In this document: in pieces, positions 21,303-33,500 of the stretch
Numbering within the stretch: position 1 is the stretch's first letter
Layout of the letters: each line of letters opens with the position of its first letter
Source of the DNA: Podarcis muralis
Taxonomy: Eukaryota
Length of the DNA: 64,000 bases
Reading direction: 5' to 3'
Assembly (NCBI RefSeq): GCF_964188315.1
Contig: NC_135667.1
Coordinates: 6,386,001 to 6,450,000 of the forward strand
The notes under the pieces: generated by a model
What the model was told of the DNA's origin: nothing
Database searches by the model: none
The model's input: the letters and a program-made list of their open reading frames with translations, nothing else
Program-made: the position numbers and the translations under genes

Positions 21303-24300
21303 TTAGTAGATCATTCCTTTGTTGTCATCGCGAGGCTTCTTAATCTTCTCGTAGTTCTTCAGGGTGATGTCATAGACCACAGCCTAGGAAGGGCAAAGAA
21401 AGAGAGATCTTTTGAAACCTAGTATTTGGGGGTGGGGGGCGAACAGCCTACTTCAGCTGCATGAGGTGCGTAAAACTAAGGAGCAGGTACATGAAGCTGA
21501 AGAGGAGGTAGACATTTGAGCACACCCAGCCAAAAACTCCTTCCCCACTAGCACATTCTCCGGATCCAGGAAAGCAGGTGCAACAGGAATTTGCTATACA
21601 GTGGACCCTATGGATACGAATTAAATTTGTTTCGGGGGTCCATCCGCAGCCCGAAAAGTCCGTAGGCAGAGGTGCCGCTTCTGCGCTTGGCACAATTGAG
21701 CGCTTCTGAACGCGCACGTGGCGAAACACGGAACTGTAGACTTCCGGGTTTGCCACGTTCGTAACCTGAAAGTTACGTATCCAGAGCGGTACATAACTAG
21801 AGGGTCCACTGTATTGCAATTCCGTATTTGTAAATAAATCGCTAGACTCAAATTACCATTAAGTCAAAAGTTAGCCACTGCAGAACCTTAACACAGAGCA
21901 AACAGGAGCACAACTTCATCGGAGGTGCTGTTAACCTCTGGAACTCAGAGTCACAGGATACGCCTGTCTTTTTAAAGAAATGTGATTTGTCGTCCATGGG
22001 ACGCGGGTGGCGCTGTGGGTTAAACCACAGAGCCTAGGACTTGCCGATCAGAAGGTTGGCGGTTCGAATCCCCGCGACGGACTGAGCTCCCGTTGCTCGG
22101 TCCCTGCTCCTGCCAACCTAGCAGTTTGAAAGCACGTCAAAGTGCAAGTAGATAAATAGGTACCGCCCCAGCGGGAATGTAAACGGCATTTCCGTGCGCT
22201 GCTCTGGTTCGCCAGAAGCGGCTTAGTCATGCTGGCCACATGACCCAGAAGCTGTACGCTGGCTCCCTCGGCCAGTAAAGTGAGATGAGCGCCTCAACCC
22301 CAGAGTCGGCCACGACTGGACCTAATGGTCAGGGGTCCCTTTACCTTTTTACCATGGGAGATGAGCACAAGAAGGGGGCTGGAACTATTTGTGCTGAAGC
22401 CTGCCCAGACTTTTTGATGGAGACAGGTTGCGTGGAGAGCAGGCTAGCTGGTGCCTACTCGCCTATCGTGAGTCAGCCTGTACAACGCAATGAATCGAGC
22501 GTTGCACATTCATGTTCCTGTGCATCGTTGCTCTGCTTATTCCTTGGATACAGATGGCAAAAAGCCCAGCAGCAACACAGATGTCTCCCTTTGCCCCATA
22601 GTCCTGCAGCACCATCACTCACGTAGATGTTTCTCAGCTCATTGATCATGTATCGGATTTCGGCATATTCCGCCTCGTCGATTTCGTGCACGAGTTGGCG
22701 GTAGTCGCCCTGCGAGCGACAGGAGGGAAAGTCAACGCGAGAGATTCAGAGAACATTCCCAAATACCAGTAGCGAGGGAGGGAGAGGGCGTTCTCGTGCT
22801 CAGGTCCTGCCCGAGGGTCTCCCGCAGGCTACTGTGAGGACACGAGGCTGGACTAGATGGGGCATTAGCCGGATCCCAACGGCCTCTTCCCACATTACAT
22901 AACCCTTGAGCTGTTCCTGCCACATGACTAAAGCAGGAAGGAACTTACCACGTGTGGACTTTTGGCTGCCTTTGACACCGCGTCGCCCCGTTCAGAGTAA
23001 TACCTGGGAAACAGAAAGAAGGCAGAGCAGGAATGAGTTGATACAGATCATAAAGGTCTCTCTCAAGGCTAGGACCAAAACCAATGTCAACAACAACAAC
23101 AACAATAATAAATTTATTATTTATACCCCGCCCATCTGGCTGGGTTTACCCAGCCACTCTGGGCGGCTTCCAACAAAACACCAAAACCCAAGAGAGAACT
23201 GGATCTGGCCAGCAGCCCAAAATCTTATCCCCACCCTACCCCTGCTTGCTGTGGACTATGGTTGCTGCAGTTTCCAGCAACTACTCCTCAGAAGCATCTC
23301 ATTTCCCACACAAGGTGGGATAGTTTGGGGGGGGGTTTTGCTCCAAAGTTGCAGAAAGAGTCACCCCCTTTCATTTGGCTGTTAACGGTGGCTTTCGATT
23401 CACCGACGGAAGTAAATTTCAATTTACTGCTTTATGAGTGCGGTAGGAAATCCCCACCCCCCCACCCCAGAACTGACCAACTGCAAGAGAGGCCAAATTT
23501 CACAGGTCACCTTCCCTGCCCTGAAGCCCGGATCACTTTTCAGGTCTCCTTTAAGTCCTCCCCGTCCTGATCCTCAGGCCTTTCTAGGTCATATGCTATC
23601 AATCTCCCAAAATCACAAGCTCAGGGCAACCTCGCCTCCCCAAGGCAAAACCACTGCTTTCCAATTTGCTAAGATAAATCGGCGGACGGAACGAAGAGAA
23701 TTTGCAGAGAAAGGGCACACAAGGGAAATTCATCATTCCCTTTTTAAAGGTAACAAAGAATGGCGGGGCGACAGGAATCAGAAGGACTTTTTGGGTGAAA
23801 AAATTATACTCACTCGAAATTAACATGTACGTGCTGAAAGAAAACCCCAACCCCCCCAGGACAAGAAACGCAAATGGACTGACCAAAATCCCTCCCCCCC
23901 CCCCGACAACTTGGTGCAATTTTCCATCACAGCACCTATTCCCAAAAACCAATGATTTGAAACACCTGTTTATACACCTGTTTCCCTGTGGTGTTGACAG
24001 CGCACAGCTCCAGGTGTGTGTGAGAGGGAGGTGGCACCCGTGAAAAGGTTTGGGGGGAGGAGAGAAAGTTAGCGAGGGTGTTGGAAAGCCAAACAGGTGG
24101 AAACTTTCAATTAAAACTTTTCAAATCGGTACGCTAGGGAGCACCGAAAGATTTCTGTTGCTTCTCGGGTCTCAAACAAAAAACCTCAATTATGCATTGC
24201 ATGGATTGTCCGCAGCCTTGTGACCTACTTTTTGAATTAACGAGTTCTGGGTGTGTTCGCATCCACGCTCTCCATGCTCACTCACACCCCTGCTGAGCAA

Positions 24301-24818
24301 CCAACCAATTTAGGGCATCCAGGCAAAGTCCACAGTGCGAGTTCTTGCGCCACTCCCACATTTACAGGCTGAGTTCACCTTTGCTTTCTCTGCCCAGCTG
24401 CCAGAAAGCTGCTCAGATCCGCAGCAATTAGCTGCATCCAATACACCTTACAGTTAAATCACAATCTCTCTCCACCCCCCAACCACCAGGGAACTATAGT
24501 GTACCCCTCGGAGCACTACAATTCCCAGCAGCCTTAACAAACTGCCAACTAGGAGCAGGGCAGATGGCCCCCAATTCAGTCCTCAACATCTCCAGCTGAA
24601 AGGAACATCAGGAGACGGGAAAGGTCTCTGCGTAAGACCCGGGCGAACAGATGAAGGCGGCTTCATCTGAACATTTCGGTCATTTTATACATAGCAAAAC
24701 AAGGTCAGCGTTTTAGGCCCGGCAAGAGCAGCCAAGATGCCGCCTCGTTTTCCGGCACAGCTTCCCCGTCTTCAGGAGGGGCAGGCAGAAATCCAACACG
24801 TGAAGCTTTCCCCATCGC

Positions 24819-24851
<33 letters not shown>

Positions 24852-27800
24852 TGCCATAAAATACTGTATTTTTTGCTCTATAAGACTCACTTTTCCCCTC
24901 CTAAAAAGTAAGGGGAAATCTGTGTGCGTCTTATGGAGCGAATGCAGGCTGCGCAGCTATCCCAGAAGCCAGAACAGCAAGAGGGGTTGCTGCTTTCACT
25001 GCACAGCGATCCCTCTTGCTGTTCTGGCTTCTGAGATTCAGAATATTATTTTCTTGTTTTCCTCCTCCAAAAACTAGGTGCGTCTTGTGGTCTGGTGCGT
25101 CTTATAGAGCGAAAAATACGGTGCCTTCCTGCCAGAGTGGTACCTATTTATCTACTTGCACTTTGACGTGCTTTCGAGCTGCTAGGTTGGCAGGAGCAGG
25201 GACCGAGCAACGGGAGCTCACCCCATCGCGGGCATTCGAACTGCCGACCTTCTGATCGGCAAGCCCTAGGCTCTGTGGTTTAACCCACAGCGCCACCCGC
25301 ATCCCCTAAGTATGGAGCGAATGCAGGCTGCGCAGCTATCCCTTGCTGTTCTGGTTTCTGGGATTCAGAATATTTTTTTCCTTGTTTTCCTCCTCCAAAA
25401 ACTAGGTGCGTCTTGTGGTCTGGTGCGTCTTATAGAGCGAAAAATAGGGTAACTAGCAAAAGGATGAATTTTCGCCCTTTGTGAAGCCCTGTGTGTGAGA
25501 TGGAAAGAGCCGCCTCCTCTTCTCCTCCCCACAAGCACCTCCTTAAGGACCAGCTGTTGCTTAGAGGACCTGATTCACCTGGGAGGGACCTGTGCAATCT
25601 TTGGATCTCGGGTCAGGGAGCTTAAGCTGCGTGGAAGAGGAATTAGTTTCTTCTGAAGCGTCAGATGGGGGAGGGAAGGAGGAAACCAACTTGCCTCAGC
25701 AGTAAAATGAGTTCCCTCAGCGAGCCTCTTTAGCTGGCCCAGGCCGCTGACCCGTGTGGCCTGCTTTCAATTGATAATCTTATTATTTATTACAATACGC
25801 TCAGAGGTTTTACTACAACTGAGCACTATAGAAATGCTGTTCAATAAGAAGCTAATGGTGGATCCATCAATTTGTCCAATCCCCTTTTTAAGCCATCCAT
25901 TTTGGCAGCCATCGTTGATTCATGTGGCAGGGAGTTCCGCAGTTTAACTACATCCTGTGTGAATAAGTCCTTTCTTTAATCTGCCCCCAAACTTCCAACA
26001 CTCAGCTTGATTGGCTGTCCAAGATTTCTAGCCAAATTGGGGGGGGGGGGGCAATTTCCCCCCTATCTACTTTTTGTATTCCATGCATAATCTTACAAGC
26101 CATCTCTTACATTTTGCTTAAACTTTAAAAGACCCCAAATGCTGCAACCTTTTCTCCTAGGGGAATCAATCTGTCCCCTTCATGATGATAATAAAGAAAT
26201 AAATCAGTCCCTCTCAGGTCTAGGGTGTGAGGGGAGTTTCAGCCTGAAACATATAGGAAGTACAACATTCTATGATCTATGGTCTTATGGTCTGTGTGTG
26301 TGGTTTGGGAAAATACAATGCCGTCCAGGGTGGTAAAGACTGCGGAGAGAATAATTGGGTGCACTCTTCCCACCTTGGATCAAATCTATGCTTCCAGGTG
26401 CCATAAGAAAGCTGCAGAGATAGTGCAGGATAGTGCGCACCCCGGAAATGATCTCTTTCAGCTTCTGCCTTCTGGAAGAAGGGACAGGGTTATAAAGACT
26501 AGGACTAGCCGCCTGAGAAACAGGTTCTATTCAAATGTGATTTGGGTTTTTAAAAGCAGCGTAAGGTGGTCTCTATGGGAGTTGTTGTTGTTGTTTAGTC
26601 GTTTAGTCGTGTCCGACTCTTCGTGACCCCATGGACCAGAGCACGCCAGGGCTCTATGGGAGTATATTGTATATAATTATGGGGTATCAGAGTTTTTAGG
26701 GGGCTAACCAGGCTGGGATAGCAGGTGGCTTGGTTTTTGAATGTCTGATGTAGATTTTTTCAATTTCGTTGTTCTGTATGGGACACTGACAATAAAGATC
26801 GTATCGTCTTACCTTGTTTTAAAAGCATTTTTAAAAAGCGTCAAGAATGTTCTGCAGCTGTGAATTTTGCGGCCGTGTGGATGACGGTACGTTGTATTCT
26901 CGCCTTCCTTGTCCTAGGCTACTGGACAAGTTTTGTAGTCCAAAACTTCAGACAAGCACCAGCAGCCTGTGTGGTGTTGTGGTTGGAGCAGGCTTCCTCA
27001 ACCTCGGCCCTCCAGATGTTTTGAGACTACAATTCCCATCATCCCTGACCACTGGTCCTGCTAGCTAGGGATGATGGGAGCTGTACGTCAAAAACATCTG
27101 GAGGGCCGAGGTTGAGGACGCCTGGGTTAGAGTGTCTGACCAGGACCTGGGAGACCAGGGTTCGAATCCCCACTCAGCCATGAAGAAGAGTTTGGATTTG
27201 ATATCCCGCTTTATCACTACCCTAAGGAGTCTCAAAGCAGCTAACATTCTCCTTTCCCTTCCTCTCCCACAACAAACACTCTGTGAGGTGAGCGGGGCTG
27301 AGAGACTTCAGAGAAGTGGGACTGGCCCAAGGTCACCCAGCTGCATGTGGAGGAGCGGAGACGCGGACCCGGTTCCCCAGATTACGAGTCCACCGCTCTT
27401 AACCACTACACCACACTGGCACTCACGGGGTGAACTTGGGCCAGTCACAGCCTCTCAGTCTACCTTGCTGGGTTGTTGTGTGGATTGAGTGAGGAGCTCT
27501 TTGGAGAAAATTCACCGAATTTCCCTCTTCCCCAGTATTTTTTTCCTTTTAAACCAAATATAAGGAAAAGGGGAAGTTGGAAGTGCTCTGCCTCCAATTT
27601 CAAACTCACTTGGCAATCTGAGTCTGGAAAGTTTCCAGCTTTGTCCGAGCCGAGGTCAGCAGTTCGTACACTTTTTCCTGGAAGAGGAGAGAAAGACGAA
27701 GGTTATAACGCAGGAAGTTCCCAGTGCGATGACAGGGTCCAAGGAAAACGGAACGGGAAACATGGCGAGGAAGTCTTGGCTGAACAGTAATAATTTCTCG

Positions 27801-30524
27801 GCCCCAAACAGATTGAACGTCTGCGTGACATCTCTGCTAGCAAAGTGGCTCCTCTTAATCCCGGGTGTAGCTGCTGTTAACGGAGGAGGAGGGCAATGCA
27901 CTCTGCACATGCTCGGTGGCACACACCACCGCTTTCAGATTCTCCCAATGATCTCTTGGGGTACGTGGTGCACCAAACGCCAGCTCTCTTGATAGTGCAG
28001 AAGATGAGCTGGGAGCATTTTTCTTCCTATGAAGGAAAATCATTTGGGGGCTGTACTCCCTAGCAGGTAGAGTCAAAGCCAGTGGTGGGTGGAAGCAGAG
28101 CTGAAGGACGGCAGGGTCTCTTTTGCGCTCTCTCTTTTTCTGGACTTACGAATCAGGTGTGTCAAAAAGAGTCCGAATGGCACAATGCAATCCAGGGCCC
28201 CAAATCTGGTTTAGAGGGAACTTTGATTGAGTTTCCACTGAAATGAGGCTGCATTTTAATGTTGTATTTTAATCTTGTTTTTTAAGCTGTATTTCAATCA
28301 ATTGTTTTTATATTTGGTGTTAGACGCCCTGAGCCCGGTCCTGGCTGGGGAGGGCGGGGTATAAATAAAATGTATTATTATTATTAAATCATTTGGGGCG
28401 ACACTGCTGAGGTCTGCCACCAAAAACCCCTTTCCATAGCTATACACCAGTGTGCCTATACTAAAACTAAGACCTGACTGTAATACTGAGGAGTTGCGAG
28501 ATGTGCTAGAGGCATAGCTGTCAACCGTCCCTTATTTGGCGGGAAAGTCCCTTATCCCAGCGCCGTGTCCCGCTGCCGTCCCTTATTGATGATGTCCCTT
28601 AAATTTCCCGGCTTTCAAAGGAAGCAACTCCTCTCCCTCCCTCCCTGCCGGCCAGGGAGGAGGGAGGCTCCAACTGTGTTGCTTGGCTGCGTTGCTCACC
28701 CAATAAGGAGTCTAAGAACGACTAGGGGGGTGGAGCTTGCATGCCTTGTGCCGATCAAATCGGCCGCGTTGCCTGGGGACTCGCCTTTGCTCAGCGCTTC
28801 CCAGCGGAGAGGTGACGGTGGTTTCCCTTGCTGCATCCCCTTTGCCGGGTTGCTGCGCTGTGGGAACCACCGCTTGAGGCTTCGTTTGGCTGCTGGCTGG
28901 GCTTTCTGCCTTTGGCTCAGAGGGGCTCCAAAGTTGAACCTACCTGTGCTCTGAAAATCCCTTATTTTGGCTGCTGATCCCTTATTTTCGAGGCTGCTGG
29001 TCCCTGATTTTCAAATCTGTAAGTTGACAGCTATGGCTAGAGGTACTATCCCATTTGGGCCAAGAAAAGTCCACTAGGCCACACAAACATAAGAACCTCC
29101 TGTTCTCACAGCAGCCAAACAGATTCCCGTTCTGTGAGACCCATAAGTGGGACCCGAAAACAAGAACACTCTCCTCTCCTGCAGTTTCCAGAAACTGGTC
29201 TTCAGAAGAATCATCATCATTGTATTATTGGTACCCTGGCCGTCTCCTCCTCCATGGACCTGTCTATTCCTGTTACAACACTGTCAACACGCACACACAC
29301 ACACACACAGAAAAGGTGTTCAGGGAGAGCTGGGAGACCTGTGAGCCAAAACTCACCTGGACTGCAACCCCGAAATTATTGCCGTCCTCAATGCGCGGCA
29401 CCAGAAGTTGTAGCCACAGCGAGATCTGGGGAGAGAGGGAGGGAAGAGAGAATGAGACTCTTAATCTCTTTTTTTATATATATACATTTTTATTATTTTT
29501 TTACCACATCAATTCCAACAGTCATACAACATATCTTCTCATCTTATACAATGTTTTAGACTTCCGTCAACACCTCTTGACGATTTTCCGTTCTTTATCA
29601 CTTATTCTGCGTTTTTAATTTCTATATTGCATTTAATTGTCCTTAACTGATCATTCTTTTCATAGTCTTTCTTGTAATATTCCAGATAATCCACCTTAGA
29701 AAACGTCTGGCAGACCTACTAGCGTAGCCTGTTCATCACAGTTACTTTTCAAATAGTTCATACATTTACTCCAGTCCTCTAAGAATCTCTGATCCCGCAG
29801 GTTTCGAATCCTTCCTGTTAATTTATCTAGACTCTTAATCTCAGGGTTGTGGGTTCGAGCCCAGCGCTGGGCAAAAGATTCCTGCATTGAAGGGGTTGTT
29901 TAGGGAAGCTTTTCATGTTTAATAGGTTATTGTATTTTAATATTCTGTTGGAAGCCGCCCAGAGTGGCTGGAGAAACCCAGCCAGATGGGCGGGGTATAA
30001 ATAATAAATTATTATTAATTTAATAATTAAGGTTTAAGGTGCTGCTTTTGACCTTTAAAGCCCTTCACGGCCTAGGGCCCTCATACCTACGGGACTGCCT
30101 CTCCCGGTATGCCCCATGGAGAGCCTCAAGGTCCATAAATAGCAACACCCTAGTGGTCCCAGGCCCTAAGGAAGTTAGATTAGCTTCAACCAGAGCCAGG
30201 GCCTTTTCAACACTGGCCCCGGCCTGGTGGAATGCTCTGCCTCATGAGACCAGGGTCCTGCAGGATCTGATTTCTTTCCGCAGGGCCTGTAAGACAGAGT
30301 TGTTCCGCCTGGCCTTTGGCTTGGAGCCAATTTGATTCCCTCTCCCTCTTTTTCCTTTCTCCTCCTGCGATGAGGAGGATGCATTTTAATATTTTAATGT
30401 TTCGATATTTTAATGTTGTATTTTAATCTTGTTTTTAAGTTGTATTCATTCAACTTGTTTTTATTATTGCTTGTTAGCCGCCCTGAGCCTGGCCTTGGCT
30501 GGGGAGGGTGGGGTATAAATAAAA

Positions 30525-30557
<33 letters not shown>

Positions 30558-33500
30558 TGCTGAAGTTCTCACCCTGGGCCAGCAGGGGGATACTGTAAAT
30601 AGTTCAGGTCCACATATGCAAATAAGGGACTGAAAGTGACGTTCAGTGATTGGATAGTTTTAGAAAGTTGTTACAGTTACGTTCTAGTGGAGCTCTATAT
30701 AAGCAGGCTGGCTGAACCCTTCAGTTCAGTTCTGTTCTGGCCTGTGAATAAACAAGAGCTGTTTGAAGAATCGCTGTGTCGTCTGATATGTTCACCCACA
30801 ACTTAACAATTATTATTAATATTAGGCTGGATGACCCTTGGGGTCCCTTGCAACACTAAGCAGGGCGCTAGGTCTAGTTGTGCAAAGGGGCAAGAATGAG
30901 ACCCATTTCCTCCGAACCCCTCACCAAGTTCAGCTTCTCCTTCGTGCCCTGGATTTCGGGCTTCACGCGGTTCAGCAGGGCGGTGATCTTCTCGTTGTGG
31001 CAAACTGGACCGCAGGGGGGCGCTGGGGGGAGAAGGAGGAAGAGGAGGAGAACGTCAGAGGCATCACACCCTCAAGGTGGCACTTGGCACATATGCCAAC
31101 GGACGCCATCTTAGAAGAGAGGAAAGCATGCAAAGAAGGCCTCCTCTCTCAAGCAGTAGCAGAAGAGGCATTTCCCCTTGTGTAAAAAAGAAATGGGGAC
31201 GGGCGGAGCTCTTCCAAGATGGCTGGCTGCCATGAGAAATTGAATTTTATTTATTTTTAAATAAATTTCTGCCGAATTTTATTTATTTTTAAATAAATTT
31301 CAGGCCTGCTCAGCTGGTAACTGTGGCTTGTGGCCAACCAAGTTCTCCGCTGAAGTGAATGAAGCTATGCCAGCCATGCCAATTCATTTCAACGGGTTGA
31401 CTTGGATACAATCCAGTTATCTTTCCTTAGACTCGTCTTTCTTTCTTTCTTTTTATTTATTATTATTATTCTTTACTGATTAAAAATTTACATATCTATA
31501 CGAACATTATGTGCTATATATATATGAAGATAAAGAAAATTAGGTAGTAAATGGAAAATTTATAAAGTAATAAAAAAGGAAAAGGAAAAAAATAAATAAC
31601 AAAGCTCTGAAATAAAAAAATCAAAAGAAGACAAGATAACATTATTTACACAATAAATGTGTTCATCGACACAATCCTTCCCATCATACTGTAATATATA
31701 CATTTTTTTAATCCTTAGGCTCATCTTTCAACGGAGGCCTATTGTCCAAGGCCACCGCCTCTGTTTGATAAAATAGCAAATTTAATGAATAAAATAAATT
31801 TAAAAACATTTCCCTCAGAGAGCTGCTATTTCCCAGAGTTCTCTGGGAAGGTGGGTTGACCGTGAAACCCCTCTGTGAAGGGGAACGGGGGCTCCTAAGC
31901 GCCCTGAACAAACTACAGTTCCCAGAATCCTTTGCGGCTGTTCAAAGTGGGGCGACACTGCTTTAAACGCACAGTGCGGACGGGGCCTGGCTAGTAAAAC
32001 ATTGCAGAATGCGGCCTGCTGGGACAAGTCAAGGCGGGACACCTCTCATTTCACCACCCCATTTCCACGGAAAGGCTTCGAAACGTCTCCTTGCCAGACG
32101 TCACAGAGAATCCTGCGTACCTTTATCCTCATCCTCCGACTTTTTCGAGTCCTTCTCTTCCTTTTTGGAATCCTTCTCTTCTTTCTGCGCGGGAATAAAG
32201 GAACGCGATCACAAAAATGCAGAAGGGGAAGGCAGAAAGAGAGCCGCCCACCGGTACACAAAGCATTGGAAGGGATCCTGAGGGTCATCCAGTCCAACCC
32301 CCTGCGACGGAGGAATAATTTGTCCGACACGGGATTCGAACCCGTGACCCCAAAGTTAAGAGACTCGCGCTGCACCGACTGAGCTACCCCAGCATAGAGG
32401 GGTGACTTTTTACAGCCTGAAGGCTACATTCCCTTGCAAGAAACGCCAGAGGTTGCAGGTTGACACGTTAAGAGCTGTACCAAACTGTCATGGCTCCCCT
32501 CCCAAAGAATTCTGGGAGTTGTAGTCTGCTAAGGGCGTTGAGAGCTGTTAGAAGACACACACCCCATTCCCCTCACAGAACTACAATTCCCAGAGTTCCT
32601 TGTGAAGAGCGACAGACTGGGAATTGCAGCTGTGCATGGGAAACAGGAGTCGCTCAGCACCCTTAACAAACCCCAAACAAACTACAACTCCCAGAATGCT
32701 TTGGGGGAAGCCATGGCTGTGATACCACAGTGCATGGTGCGAATGTGGCCACAGAAACTGAACTTCCTCCTTCTTTTTAGCAACAGAACGGAGAGAAAAG
32801 GTCCTTCTCCAGCCCATCACAGGTTGCGGAATCCGAACCCATCACCCGCCAGTCCACAACTGTTTCCCTGTTGCCTGAGAGTTTACTGATTTCCTTGGGT
32901 GGAAGAAAGAAAAGGGAAAAGGAAATATATCCCTCTCTTTCTCAAGAACACGTCCCAACTGTAATGTTTGATGTATTTACAGTATTTTAATATTTTGTTG
33001 GGAAGCCCAGCCAGATGGGCGGGGTATAAATAATAAATTATTATTATTATAAATTATTATAACTTCCCTTCGGATTGCCTGAACAGAGAACGACAGCGTT
33101 GGCAGAAGCAAAAAATCTTAATTTAAGCCCAGCAACAAAGGGGATGTCACTAACACACACTAGAAGACCCCCAAAGAAACGTAATTACAGGGATGGTTGA
33201 TCTACCTAGAGATTATGCTCTTCGTGACAAAAGGAATGGGGAAGGCAGAGATATAAATACCCCCACAGCCCCTGGGGCAGGGAGGACTAAATTCAAAGCA
33301 CTGCTTAGCAAGGAAGGAAGGAATTGCAGCTGTTAAGACCGGCTCCTTCCAGTCCTCCGGGCAAGAGAGGAAGGTACGAATTAAAGGAGAGGCGTAATAT
33401 TGAGGTCACCCACCCACAACCGCCCTCTCAACTGGGATAGTCCAGTTGCGCAAAAAAATAAAATATAATCTGGATGTGTGAAACTAGGGCGAAAGGTTGC

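Noticed and set aside
24863-25450. Direct repeats separated by a spacer (CRISPR-like or regulatory array)
   Set aside because: Explained by a partial duplication of a Tc2-like MITE end around a SINE fragment.
32300-32394. Possible functional tRNA-Lys(CTT) gene
   Set aside because: A/B boxes are present, but the D and anticodon stems do not pair properly and the sequence continues into a CR1-like SINE tail.
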